DNA from: Caldilineaceae bacterium | Lineage (GTDB): Bacteria; Chloroflexota; Anaerolineae; Caldilineales; Caldilineaceae | Assembly: GCA_963422415.1 (NCBI GenBank) | Contig: OY729430.1 | Span: 2,517,598-2,581,597, forward strand | DNA length: 64,000 nt | Direction: 5' to 3' | Shown here: positions 1-8,840 of the stretch, one piece after another | Layout of the letters: each line of letters starts with the position of its first letter | Numbering within the stretch: position 1 is the stretch's first letter | Notes under the pieces: model-generated | Databases searched by the model: none | The model's input: only the letters and a program-made list of their open reading frames with translations | Told to the model about the DNA's origin: nothing | Program-made: the position numbers and the translations under genes

Positions 1-443
1 TCCTGCGTGCTCGGGTCGGGGTTTCCCAAGGAACCCAGCCGATACTGATTTTCCTGAAAGACATTGGGATTGATGGCCCCTATGCCAATGCCGCGTTCGC
101 TGGCATACTGTTTGACCGCATCGTAATCGTCGTCATCGGGCTTGTCCCAGGGAATGTGCAGCGCCACGGTCGAAGCAATGCCTGTCATCCTGTGGACCAT
201 GGCCGCGTCGTCCAGTTTCTGCGGCGTGGTCGTGGCGGCCCCCGGCCAGGGAAAGGCCTTGAATCGAGATCCGCTGTTGGCATAGCCCCAACTGGGAGTT
301 TCAATGTGATGCTGCTTGACTCTAGCCTTTATGGCTTCCACATCGAAGCCGCGCCCATGCAAATTGTCGGCCAGCAACTGGTAGGCAGGACTGTCGTTAC
401 TCAAGGTGAATTCCTTATCTTGCAAAGAGGCCGATAGAGGCAC
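1..443 (-). CDS. rhaI: L-rhamnose isomerase, Pseudomonas stutzeri/Streptomyces type (xylose-isomerase-like TIM barrel); N-terminal ~147 aa only, gene runs off the left edge
   Basis: Absent from the ORF track because it is open at the window edge. My translation of the minus strand from GTG at 441-443 gives (M)[101 protein letters not shown]... This follows the VPSWGVGTGGTRFARFPG...KLDDCAVI...VSLHIPWDK block of characterised L-RhI as I recall it. Lies directly upstream of rhamnulokinase. Confidence 0.75.
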   Translation of the reverse strand, partial: MPLSASLQDKEFTLSNDSPAYQLLADNLHGRGFDVEAIKARVKQHHIETPSWGYANSGSRFKAFPWPGAATTTPQKLDDAAMVHRMTGIASTVALHIPWDKPDDDDYDAVKQYASERGIGIGAINPNVFQENQYRLGSLGNPDPSTQ

Positions 444-461
444 AACGATGATGCAGGGATC

Positions 462-1940
462 TTATGTCAATGTCGGCGGATTCGCCATCAGGGTCTGCAG
501 ACGCTGGAAACCTTCATCCCAGTAGGCCCGGACAGCGGGGTCGGCCACCGGTTCGAATTCTCGTGTCGACACCGACCCGCGCACGACGGCGCCAATCTCC
601 TGAAAGGAATCGATCTCGCCCCGGGCCACGGCTTGCACCATAACGTTGCCCGTGGCGGTAGCCTCCGCGGGTCCCGCCACCACCAGACGGTGGGTCGCAT
701 CTGCGGTGGCCTGATTGAGACCTGCATTGCGAGAGCCGCCGCCTACGATGTGTATCGGATCCAGAACGCGTTCCAGAGTTTCCTCCATGCGCGTCAATAC
801 CCATCGGTACTTCAAGGCCAGACTGTCATTGATGCAACGCAAAATTTCAGACTTGCTGTCCGGCACGGGCTGTCCTGTGGCCAAGCAATATTTCTGGATT
901 CGCTGCGGCATTGCGCCAGGCGCCAAGAAGCTGCCGTGGTCGGGATCCACCAAGGCCACCGCGCTTGCCTCCTGTCGACTCAGCTCGTCCAATTCTGCGT
1001 ACGCATATAGGGAGCCTTCGCTGGCCCAGGTGCGGCGACACTCTTGCAGCAGCCAGAGGCCCATGATGTTCTTGCAGAAGCGATAGGCATAATCGATCCC
1101 GCCTTCGTTGGTGAAGTTGTGCTGCAGAGCCTTCGAACTCAGAATGGCCTCGGGCACCACCACCCCCATGATGGACCAGGTTCCCGAACTGATCCAGATG
1201 CAGTCGGCATTGCCTGCCGGCACGGCCGCCACGGCAGAACCCGTGTCATGACATGCCGGCGTGACAACCTGCAAGGCAGGACAATCGGGAATCTGGGATG
1301 TGCCCACCACAAACCCCGGATGCACCACCTCCTGAAAAATGCCGGTGGGCAATCCAAAGGAATTCAGCAGGTCCAGCGACCAGTTCATGGTGCGAGGATT
1401 CAAGCATTGCGTTGTCGAGGCGTTGGTAAACTCGTTCACCTTCTGGCCGGTCAGCCAGAAATTGAAGAGGTCCGGCATGGTAAGAAAGGTCCGGGCATGG
1501 TCCAGGTCGGCCGGACTGTCTCTTTGCACGGCCAAGAGTTGAAACAGTGTGTTGACCATGATGAACTGGATGCCAGACAATGCGAAGATACGCTCTGGCG
1601 CTACGATCTGGAAGGCGGTTTCCATCACGTCCATCGTGCGTCCATCCCGATAATGCACAGGGGAATGCATCATGCGGTCCTGGGCGTCCAGCAGAGCAAA
1701 GTCACACCCCCACGTGTCCAGACCCAGACTCTGGATTTCCGGCTCCGCGTGTACGGCCTTGTGCAACCCTTGCTGAATTTCATGCCAGAGGCGCAGCGTA
1801 TCCCAATGCAATGTGCCGCGCACGGACACTGGCACGTTGGGGAATCGATGAATTTCCTTTAACTCCAACCCGGTGGAAGACAAGCTGCCCAACATGGCCC
1901 TGCCACTGTCGGCACCCAAATCGAAGGCCAGATACTTCAT
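462..1940 (-). CDS. rhaB: Rhamnulokinase (FGGY carbohydrate kinase family)
   Basis: 492-aa ORF. FGGY hallmarks: MKYLAFDLGADSGR, LGLDTWGCDFALLD, ISSGTWSIMG, IHIVGGGSRNAGLNQ. Adjacent to the rhamnose isomerase. Confidence 0.85.
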   Translation of the reverse strand: MKYLAFDLGADSGRAMLGSLSSTGLELKEIHRFPNVPVSVRGTLHWDTLRLWHEIQQGLHKAVHAEPEIQSLGLDTWGCDFALLDAQDRMMHSPVHYRDGRTMDVMETAFQIVAPERIFALSGIQFIMVNTLFQLLAVQRDSPADLDHARTFLTMPDLFNFWLTGQKVNEFTNASTTQCLNPRTMNWSLDLLNSFGLPTGIFQEVVHPGFVVGTSQIPDCPALQVVTPACHDTGSAVAAVPAGNADCIWISSGTWSIMGVVVPEAILSSKALQHNFTNEGGIDYAYRFCKNIMGLWLLQECRRTWASEGSLYAYAELDELSRQEASAVALVDPDHGSFLAPGAMPQRIQKYCLATGQPVPDSKSEILRCINDSLALKYRWVLTRMEETLERVLDPIHIVGGGSRNAGLNQATADATHRLVVAGPAEATATGNVMVQAVARGEIDSFQEIGAVVRGSVSTREFEPVADPAVRAYWDEGFQRLQTLMANPPTLT

Positions 1941-2043
1941 GCGCTACAGAGAGTGTCCGTTGCTGTTCCCGTCTTGAGTACGGCAGCGCATCGACAAGAG
2001 ACAACCCCTTGACACGCTTTCCGCATACCGGAAAGAGATGAGC

Positions 2044-2367
2044 CTATTGTAGTACCAAGGAGACCGCCCTCGGGTATCTCGGAGGTGGGTTTTCTGGGAG
2101 GCTACGTCCCTTGCATGGTCTTTTCAAGGCCTCAGCGAGCCTATCCCACCAACCAAGCCAGAAACTCTGTGCCTTTGGATACTCGCCTTCTATGTCATTG
2201 TAGAGCATGGTCAGGTCCACGGCCGGGCGGATGCCACAGATCTGCATTTTTCCGGCGCTGCACCCGCGGGACAGATATGCTATATTCTCGGCATACCTGC
2301 TCGGAATTCCGTCATCCTGTTGATCCAGTGTTTGAAGGCGCTCCTTGACTGCCCGCTCCCTGAGCAT
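2044..2367 (-). CDS. Hypothetical small protein (107 aa), coding status uncertain
   Basis: Only an ORF (MLRERAVKERLQTLDQQDDG...). I recognise no motif. It fills the gap between rhaB and the Uma2 gene. Confidence 0.25.
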   Translation of the reverse strand: MLRERAVKERLQTLDQQDDGIPSRYAENIAYLSRGCSAGKMQICGIRPAVDLTMLYNDIEGEYPKAQSFWLGWWDRLAEALKRPCKGRSLPENPPPRYPRAVSLVLQ

Positions 2368-2384
2368 GGATCCATGCTGCCACC

Positions 2385-3248
2385 ATGACTATCAGTAACC
2401 TGCATCGGAAGAGACCTGTGGCCGGTATGTCTCCGGCCTCCGCCACTGTCATGGATTTGGATCCGGCGGCCGCGATCATCTACCCCGAAACCGATGGTGA
2501 ACCCTTGGCTGAAGGCACCGCACAGTATGTCGTACTGACGGAAACAGTCACCAAGCTGGCTGACCGATACCGTGAACGACTCGATGTTGCCGTAATCGGC
2601 AACATGCTGGTCTATTATGAAGAAGGCAACAACAAGGCGTCGGTGGCCCCCGACGTGTTTGTGGTCTTCGGAGTTGAGAACCATCCCCGTCGGTCCTATC
2701 TGACTTGGGTGGAGGGCAAGGGTCCCGATTTCGTGCTGGAAGTGGCCTCGATCAGTACATGGCGCGAGGACGAGGGATACAAGCGGGATGTTTACGCACG
2801 GATGGGAGTCGCCGAATACTGGCGTTTTGACCCTACGCCTGACAGCAGCCTTATGATGCCGCCGTTGATTGGCGAGCGGCTGGAAGCGGGCGCATATGAA
2901 TTGCTGCGAATCCAGGCGCATTGTGATCGGGAGTGGCGGGGATACAGTGCCCTGCTAGGGCTGGAATTCCGCGCCGGAAGTGGGCAGCTGGAATTATATG
3001 ACCCCGAGACTCAGACTCAGTTGTTGAACTACGAACGGCTGAGAGAAGAACATCAGATGGCCGAAGCACGAGCACAGGAGGAAGCTGCCAGACGGCGAGA
3101 TGCCGAAACGCGAGCACAGCGGGAAACCGCCAGACGGCGAGATGCCGAAACGCGAGCACAGCAGGAAGCCGCCAGACGGCAGGCCGCCGAAACTCATGTC
3201 CGGGATCTGGAAGAAGAGCTGCGACGCTTGCGGCACGCAAGTGCCTGA
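2385..3248 (+). CDS. Uma2-family (DUF820) PD-(D/E)XK putative endonuclease with a charged C-terminal repeat tail
   Basis: IYPETDGEPLAEGTAQY..., VAPDVFVVFGV, GPDFVLEVAS and YKRDVYARMGVAEYWRFDP match the Uma2 core. The C-terminus is a 14-aa (42-bp) repeat, ARRRDAETRAQRET x ~2.5 (about 3080-3190). Confidence 0.8.
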   Translation: MTISNLHRKRPVAGMSPASATVMDLDPAAAIIYPETDGEPLAEGTAQYVVLTETVTKLADRYRERLDVAVIGNMLVYYEEGNNKASVAPDVFVVFGVENHPRRSYLTWVEGKGPDFVLEVASISTWREDEGYKRDVYARMGVAEYWRFDPTPDSSLMMPPLIGERLEAGAYELLRIQAHCDREWRGYSALLGLEFRAGSGQLELYDPETQTQLLNYERLREEHQMAEARAQEEAARRRDAETRAQRETARRRDAETRAQQEAARRQAAETHVRDLEEELRRLRHASA

Positions 3249-3323
3249 TGAATTCGAGGCTCAGAAGTCAATCGTGTCGGCGCGGACAACAACGAAGACT
3301 CTCTTGTCCTCTGCCAACAGAAG

Positions 3324-3641
3324 TCACTTCACAGCCATATTATGCTCCGCCTCGATCATTTCTGTGCAGCAAGCCTCCATCAAATAACCGAGAGTGGCCT
3401 GCATGGCTCGAAAGTTCACTCGATAGCATAGGGAACGACCTTGGCGACAACATGTCACGCCGCCGCCCTGTTTGAGTTCCTTGAGATGAAAGGAACAAGT
3501 CGAGGCGGGAATATGCAGGCGTTGCGCGATGGCGCTCGCCGCAAGGCCACCGGATCCGATACGCACCAGCAACCTGAAGATATCCAGTCGGAATTCCTGT
3601 GCCAAGGCGAAAAGCATCGCTAGCGTCGCATTCTTGTTCAT
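3324..3641 (-). CDS. arsR: ArsR/SmtB-family metalloregulator
   Basis: 105 aa. Winged-HTH pattern LFALAQEFRLDIFRLL...ASAIAQRLHIPASTCSFHLKELKQGG. Its start overlaps the 3' end of the arsM remnant (ATGA at 3638-3641). Confidence 0.85.
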   Translation of the reverse strand: MNKNATLAMLFALAQEFRLDIFRLLVRIGSGGLAASAIAQRLHIPASTCSFHLKELKQGGGVTCCRQGRSLCYRVNFRAMQATLGYLMEACCTEMIEAEHNMAVK

Positions 3642-4550
3642 GTCGTTGCGCCGCTGCGCGACTTTTCCGCGTGCACAAAGGCCGCCATGAACTTCCCGAT
3701 GGCCATTTGGACGATCTCGGCAGTTGTGCTATCCCAGACTTGAAAAGATGGCCTGGGCCTCGCCCAGATCGTAGATCCGAGTTGGCTCGATTTCGATCTT
3801 GCAGAATCCTGCATTCGCCAAGTAGCCACGGTATTGTTCTTCTTCCAAGGCGCCTGCTACACAGCCAATCCACAACTCGACGCTCGCTCGCACCTAGGTG
3901 CCCACTGAACCTCGCGCCACGATGTCAGACACCGCAAAACGTCCTCCCGGATTGAGAACCGGAACGCCTCGGCAAGTACACGCGGCTTGTCGACCGAGAG
4001 GTTGATTACGCAGTTGGAAATGATCACGTTGACACTACTGTCTGGCAGCGGGATATTTTCAATCTCGCCTTTCAAAAACTCCACATTCGCTACATCGGCC
4101 GCCATCTAGTTTTTCCGTGCCAGTGCAAGCATCTCGTCGGTTATGTCAAGTCAGTAGGCTTTCCCTGTCGGACCGCCGCGCCGTGCCGAAAGCAGCACGG
4201 CAATTCCGCCGCCCGATCCAAGATCCAGTACGATTTCCCCTCTGACAGGGCAGCCAAGGCCGCTGGATTGTCGCAACCCCGCGACGCCAACACGGCCTCT
4301 TCCGGCAAACATGCCATTTCAACATCAGAGTACAGGCGGGCCGTTGCCGGATCGACGGCAGTGTCCATGAAACCACCTTCACAACCACAAGAGGAAACGG
4401 GGCCGTGCGCAGGATCAGAGTCAGCCTGCGCCGCGCTGTGGCAGCCTGTAGTGCCACCGGTCCATACTGGTCACGGACGATGGCACGCAGATGTTCGGCG
4501 GTGTTCTTGCCATCGGTCCGCATCACATTTGGCATAACCTTGCTGGACAT
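3638..4550 (-). pseudogene. arsM: Arsenite S-adenosylmethionine methyltransferase (ArsM), disrupted by several frameshifts and in-frame stops
   Basis: ArsM-like segments are spread over three frames: MSSKVMP..AEHLRAIVRDQYGPVA; [33 protein letters not shown]; (E)[31 protein letters not shown]; [43 protein letters not shown]; [13 protein letters not shown]; [37 protein letters not shown]; GKFMAAFVHAEKS. In-frame stops read on the minus strand: TGA at 4151-4153 (at the Gly of the YGLD motif), TAG at 4106-4108, TAG at 3894-3896. There are at least two 1-nt deletions in G runs. Confidence 0.85.
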
Positions 4551-4692
4551 TTCATGCCTCGCGATGTCCCCAAGCCAAATCCTGATCTTGCGGCGTACAG
4601 ACGCCTTTGGGCTAGAATTCTGCCTGTGGCAGATCAGGAGACTGATTCGGTTGCCCTGCTAACCATTTTCTGAACCCCAAACAAGGATTGCC

Positions 4693-5757
4693 ATGGGTAA
4701 AACCCTGAAAGTCGGAGTAGTTGGCGTAGGCGGTATCGCCCGGACCCACATGCCAGGTTGGGCGGCATCCGAAAACGCTGAAGTGATAGCCGGCTCCGAT
4801 GTTGTCGAGCCCGCCCTGCATTCCTGGGGCAACACGTATGGCGTTGACAGGCTGTACACCAATGCCAAGGATCTTTTCAATGATCCGGACATCGACATCG
4901 TGGACGTATGTACGCCCAACATGTACCACAAGGAATTGGCCATAGGCGGCCTTCAGGCCGGCAAGCATGTCATCTGTGAAAAGCCCTTGGCCCCCACTGC
5001 CGAGGACATCAGGGAAATGATGGCAGCGCGGGACGAGGCCGGCAAGTTGCTGATGACAGCTCAGCACTTCCGCTTCGCGGGTATTTCCAAGGCCATGAAG
5101 AAAGAAATTCTGACGGGCGCCTTGGGCAACGTCTATCACGGCCGCAGCTGGATGTTACGCCGCAACGGCTTTATTCCGTCCCCTTCCTTTGTAGAGACGA
5201 GGCACAGCGGCGGCGGGCCCTGCATTGACATTGGCGTGCATGTGCTGGATCTCACCTTGTGGCTTATGGGCAATCCCAAGCCGGTTGCGGTCTCCGGTGT
5301 GGCTGGCGCCCCTCTGGCCCACATCCCGGGACAATTCCCGGCATGGCGGCCAGAGCGTCCGATGCCCAAAATCTGGGACGTGGAAGACTATGCGGTTGCC
5401 TTCGTGCGATTCGAAAACGGCAGCACCCTGATTTTGGAGACCAGCTGGTTGCTGCACCACGACATTGAAGGCGAAGACATGCAGATCTGGCTGTATGGGG
5501 ACAGAGGTGGATGCCATTATCCTTCGGCCCAATTCCTCTCTTCCAACTATGAAAGCAAGCAGCTGTACAATCGAACCTTGAAGATTACGCGCGATGTCCT
5601 GGAACCGCACGCGCAGGAATGTGTGGAATTTGCACAGGCCATCCTGAACGGCGCCCCGTCTCCGGTACCCTCCGAACACTCCCTGCAGGTTCTGGCGATC
5701 CTGAACGGCATTTATCAGAGTCAGGAGGCGGGCAGAGAAATCCTCTTGGACTATTGA
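4693..5757 (+). CDS. Gfo/Idh/MocA-family NAD(P)-dependent oxidoreductase
   Basis: LKVGVVGVGGIARTHMPGW Rossmann N-terminus and the ICEKPLA motif. Confidence 0.85.
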   Translation: MGKTLKVGVVGVGGIARTHMPGWAASENAEVIAGSDVVEPALHSWGNTYGVDRLYTNAKDLFNDPDIDIVDVCTPNMYHKELAIGGLQAGKHVICEKPLAPTAEDIREMMAARDEAGKLLMTAQHFRFAGISKAMKKEILTGALGNVYHGRSWMLRRNGFIPSPSFVETRHSGGGPCIDIGVHVLDLTLWLMGNPKPVAVSGVAGAPLAHIPGQFPAWRPERPMPKIWDVEDYAVAFVRFENGSTLILETSWLLHHDIEGEDMQIWLYGDRGGCHYPSAQFLSSNYESKQLYNRTLKITRDVLEPHAQECVEFAQAILNGAPSPVPSEHSLQVLAILNGIYQSQEAGREILLDY

Positions 5758-5822
5758 ATTCAGTCTGGATCCCGATCGCTTAGACCCACAACATATCGCT
5801 TCGTCCCAAGGAAACGCCCACT

Positions 5823-6707
5823 ATGGACATGGAAATCATTGCGGATTTCGCTTGCAAAACGGGGGAAGGGCCCTTGTGGCATGCGGAGCATGAGTGTTTG
5901 TATTGGCTGGACATTCCAGATGGCGAGCTGTATCGATATCGACCCGCCACCGACAAGTCCGACTTGATCCATCAGGCAGACCGGCAGATAGGCGGCTTTA
6001 CCATTCAGGAAAATGGCACGTTGCTCCTCTTCATGGAAGGCTGTCGCGTCATGTCGTTCGAGGAAGGCAGGACAACCGTCCTGCTCGACGACGTGCCCGG
6101 ACAGGAAACCAACCGTTTCAACGATGTCATGGCGGGACCACAAGGGCAAGTGTTCTGCGGCACCATGTCCACTCCCGGACAGGAAAAGGCGGATGGCGTA
6201 CTCTATCTGCTGGCTCCCAACGGCCACTTGACAGAGTTGATGGGAGGAATCGGCACGTCCAACGGCATGGGCTTCACGCCAGACCGCAGATTTTTCTTTC
6301 ACACCGACACCAGGACGGGGAAGGTGACACGGTACCCTTGGTCGGACCCAAGGGGAGATTTCGACAGATCTCGGCCTGAAATCTGGTACTCGGCCGCAAA
6401 GGAACCGGGGACTGGACGTCCTGACGGAATGACGGTGGATGCCAACGGGCATCTGTGGATTGCGCACTGGGACGGATCGCAGATTGTCCATCTGGACGAA
6501 ACCGGGACGATGGCCGGATCCATTCCATTCCCTACCTTGAAGGTCTCATCGGTCACTTTCGGGGGCCCGAACTTGACTGACATGTACATCACCACTGCCG
6601 GGGGACAAGACAAGGATTTCAACGGAAAAACAGCTGGAGCCTTGTTTCGGCTGTCTGGCATCGCCCAGGGCCTGCCTGAATTCCGATCCCGCATAGTGGC
6701 GGATTGA
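5823..6707 (+). CDS. SMP-30/gluconolactonase/LRE-family lactonase
   Basis: GEGPLWHAEHECLYWLDIPDGELYRY, NRFNDVMAGPQG, SNGMGFTPD and PDGMTVDANGHLW are typical six-bladed lactonase motifs. Confidence 0.85.
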   Translation: MDMEIIADFACKTGEGPLWHAEHECLYWLDIPDGELYRYRPATDKSDLIHQADRQIGGFTIQENGTLLLFMEGCRVMSFEEGRTTVLLDDVPGQETNRFNDVMAGPQGQVFCGTMSTPGQEKADGVLYLLAPNGHLTELMGGIGTSNGMGFTPDRRFFFHTDTRTGKVTRYPWSDPRGDFDRSRPEIWYSAAKEPGTGRPDGMTVDANGHLWIAHWDGSQIVHLDETGTMAGSIPFPTLKVSSVTFGGPNLTDMYITTAGGQDKDFNGKTAGALFRLSGIAQGLPEFRSRIVAD

Positions 6708-6728
6708 ACCACTTCCCCAATTCCGTTC

Positions 6729-7817
6729 ATGTCCCATTCAAGCCTGCCGCAAGAAATGGAAGCTGTGGTGTGCCACGCTCCCTTGGACTATCGACTGGAG
6801 ACTCTGCCGGTTCCGGCTGCTGCGCAAGACGAAATCTTGCTACAGGTCGACGCCGTGGGCATCTGTGCCAGCGATCTGAAATGTTATCTGGGCGCGCCCA
6901 TGTTTTGGGGCACGGCAGACAAGCCCGGATACTGCCAGGCTCCCATTGTACCGGGACACGAGTTCACGGGTACCGTAGTGCACATGGGACCCGAGGCCCA
7001 AAAAGCGCAACCGCTCCAGCTGGGAGACCGAGTTGTATCGGAACAAATAGTCCCTTGCCAGCAGTGTCGCTATTGTCGCCGCGGACAATACTGGATGTGC
7101 CAGCAGCACGATATTTACGGCTTTCACCAAAACACGCCGGGTGCCATGGCACAGTATGTCAAGCTGCCGGGCAATGCGCTGAACTACAAAGTGCCCCGTA
7201 CCATGCCCGCGGCCTGGGCCGCTTTTGTAGAGCCGTTGGCCTGTGGCATTCATGCCGTGCAAAGGGCCGAAATCGAATTGGACCACACGGTGGTCATAGC
7301 CGGAGCCGGTCCGCTGGGACTTGGCATGGTAGCCGCGGCTCGCCTGAAGAACCCGGCCCAGCTCATAGCCTTGGACCTGAACGACAAGCGGCTGGACCTG
7401 GCCCGGGCCTGCGGAGCCGATCTGGCCCTGAACGTGGGTCAGGTGGATGTTGTGGCCGAAGTCTTGAACCTCACGGCGGGATACGGCTGTGATGTCTACA
7501 TCGAGGCCACCGGGCAACCCTTGGCCATCCCGCAGGGACTGGACATGATATGCAAGCTGGGAACCTTTGTGGAATTCAGTGTCATGCGCGAACCGGTCAC
7601 GGTGGACTGGACCGTAATCGGAGATGGCAAGTCACTCAATATTCATGGAGCCCACCTGAGCCCGCATGCCTATCCCGTTGCCATTCGGATGCTGGAGCAG
7701 GGACTGCTGCCCATGGACCGCATCATCACCCACGAAATGCCACTGACCGCCTTTCAAAAGGGATTTGATCTGGTGGCCAACGGCAGCGAGTCAGTGAAAG
7801 TCACGCTGCGCCCCTGA
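6729..7817 (+). CDS. Zn-dependent medium-chain polyol/alcohol dehydrogenase (MDR)
   Basis: GICASDLKCY, GHEFTGTV, structural-Zn lobe CQQCRYCRRGQYWMC, and NAD fold GAGPLGLG. Confidence 0.85.
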   Translation: MSHSSLPQEMEAVVCHAPLDYRLETLPVPAAAQDEILLQVDAVGICASDLKCYLGAPMFWGTADKPGYCQAPIVPGHEFTGTVVHMGPEAQKAQPLQLGDRVVSEQIVPCQQCRYCRRGQYWMCQQHDIYGFHQNTPGAMAQYVKLPGNALNYKVPRTMPAAWAAFVEPLACGIHAVQRAEIELDHTVVIAGAGPLGLGMVAAARLKNPAQLIALDLNDKRLDLARACGADLALNVGQVDVVAEVLNLTAGYGCDVYIEATGQPLAIPQGLDMICKLGTFVEFSVMREPVTVDWTVIGDGKSLNIHGAHLSPHAYPVAIRMLEQGLLPMDRIITHEMPLTAFQKGFDLVANGSESVKVTLRP

Positions 7818-7878
7818 CACCCACAGCGACAGAATTCCGTCAGTTCCTTGCTGCACCCAATCGCAAGGGGGGGGCAGC

Positions 7879-8658
7879 TTATTCCCACTCTCTTTCAACG
7901 CTGCGGCCCAGAATGCAGAACTGCTCCAGTTCATATACGCACCCGTTCGCGGGTCTGGAAGCAGCAGACAGCCAGAAGACCACGTGCACAGCCACCTCCT
8001 CGGGGGTCAGAAGTCTGCCCGAGGGTGCGAATTCCTTGGGCACGTTCTCATGCCAATTTTCGGGCAGCCCTTCCGAAACCTTGAGCGCTATCTCGTTCGG
8101 CGATGTGCACCAGCCCACGTTCAGCTGGTTGATCCGAATGTGTTCCGCGGCCAAGGCATTCGCCAGATTTCGGGTCATGGTCTGCAGCCCCCCCTTGGCC
8201 GCGGAGTAGGGCAGGAGATCGGCTTGACCAGACCAGGCGTTGACGGATCCAATGTTCACCACGACGCCTCCACCTTGCTTTCGAAAATACGGAACAGCCT
8301 GCCGGATGACCAGCAGAGGAGCCCGCAGATTGGTGTGATAGTGCCGGTCGAAGGTTTCAGCGTCGGTCTCGTCCAACGTCGCCCGGGAGGTTCTCGCCGC
8401 GTTGTTGACCACTCCATCGATCCGCCCGAATTGGGAAACGGTGGCCTCCACTATGCGCACACAGATTTCAGGATCTGCCACGTCGCCCAGCACGAAACGG
8501 GCTTTGTCTCCCAAGTCTTGGGCCAGCGTTCGAGCGGCGTGCTCTCTGCGTCCGTGAATCATGACGGCAGCGCCCGCGGCCACACAAGCTCTTGCCGAGG
8601 CTTCGCCAATGCCCGTAGTGGATCCTGTGATCAGCACTACCTTGTCTTTGAGTTGCAT
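7879..8658 (-). CDS. Short-chain dehydrogenase/reductase (SDR)
   Basis: TGSTTGIGEA (TGxxxGIG), NNAA, and YSAAKGG (YxxxK). Confidence 0.9.
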   Translation of the reverse strand: MQLKDKVVLITGSTTGIGEASARACVAAGAAVMIHGRREHAARTLAQDLGDKARFVLGDVADPEICVRIVEATVSQFGRIDGVVNNAARTSRATLDETDAETFDRHYHTNLRAPLLVIRQAVPYFRKQGGGVVVNIGSVNAWSGQADLLPYSAAKGGLQTMTRNLANALAAEHIRINQLNVGWCTSPNEIALKVSEGLPENWHENVPKEFAPSGRLLTPEEVAVHVVFWLSAASRPANGCVYELEQFCILGRSVEREWE

Positions 8659-8840
8659 GGAACGACTCCTGCTTTCTTCCGTGGCTACATTCCATCAGGC
8701 AGCAAAATTCACTCTTGTGCCGGCCCTGCCTACAATCTGCCAATCGCCCTGCCGGCACGGTCAACCCAACTCGAGACACAAGGTTGCAGATTGCAGCAAC
8801 GGATCAAGAGACAGACGCTGCTGCCTGATCGCAGCCAGCC

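Noticed and set aside
156-437. 93-aa plus-strand ORF at the left edge
   Set aside because: It is antisense to a reading frame with clear L-rhamnose isomerase similarity that continues off the window.
544-556. GGTTCGAAT, a tRNA T-loop-like motif
   Set aside because: It lies inside the rhaB coding frame, with no acceptor or anticodon stems around it. I saw no tRNA-like cloverleaf candidates in the intergenic regions.
3638-4550. The idea that the arsM disruptions are merely sequencing or assembly indel errors
   Set aside because: Three of the lesions are in-frame stop codons created by substitutions, not indels. All neighbouring genes are intact. Still, only read-level data can exclude error for the two single-base G-run deletions.
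6704-7492. 262-aa plus-strand ORF overlapping the MDR dehydrogenase in another frame (similar off-frame ORFs occur throughout, e.g. 7984-8961, 10168-10908, 12222-12773)
   Set aside because: These are alternative-frame or antisense ORFs typical of high-GC DNA. In each case the overlapping frame carries clear enzyme-family motifs.
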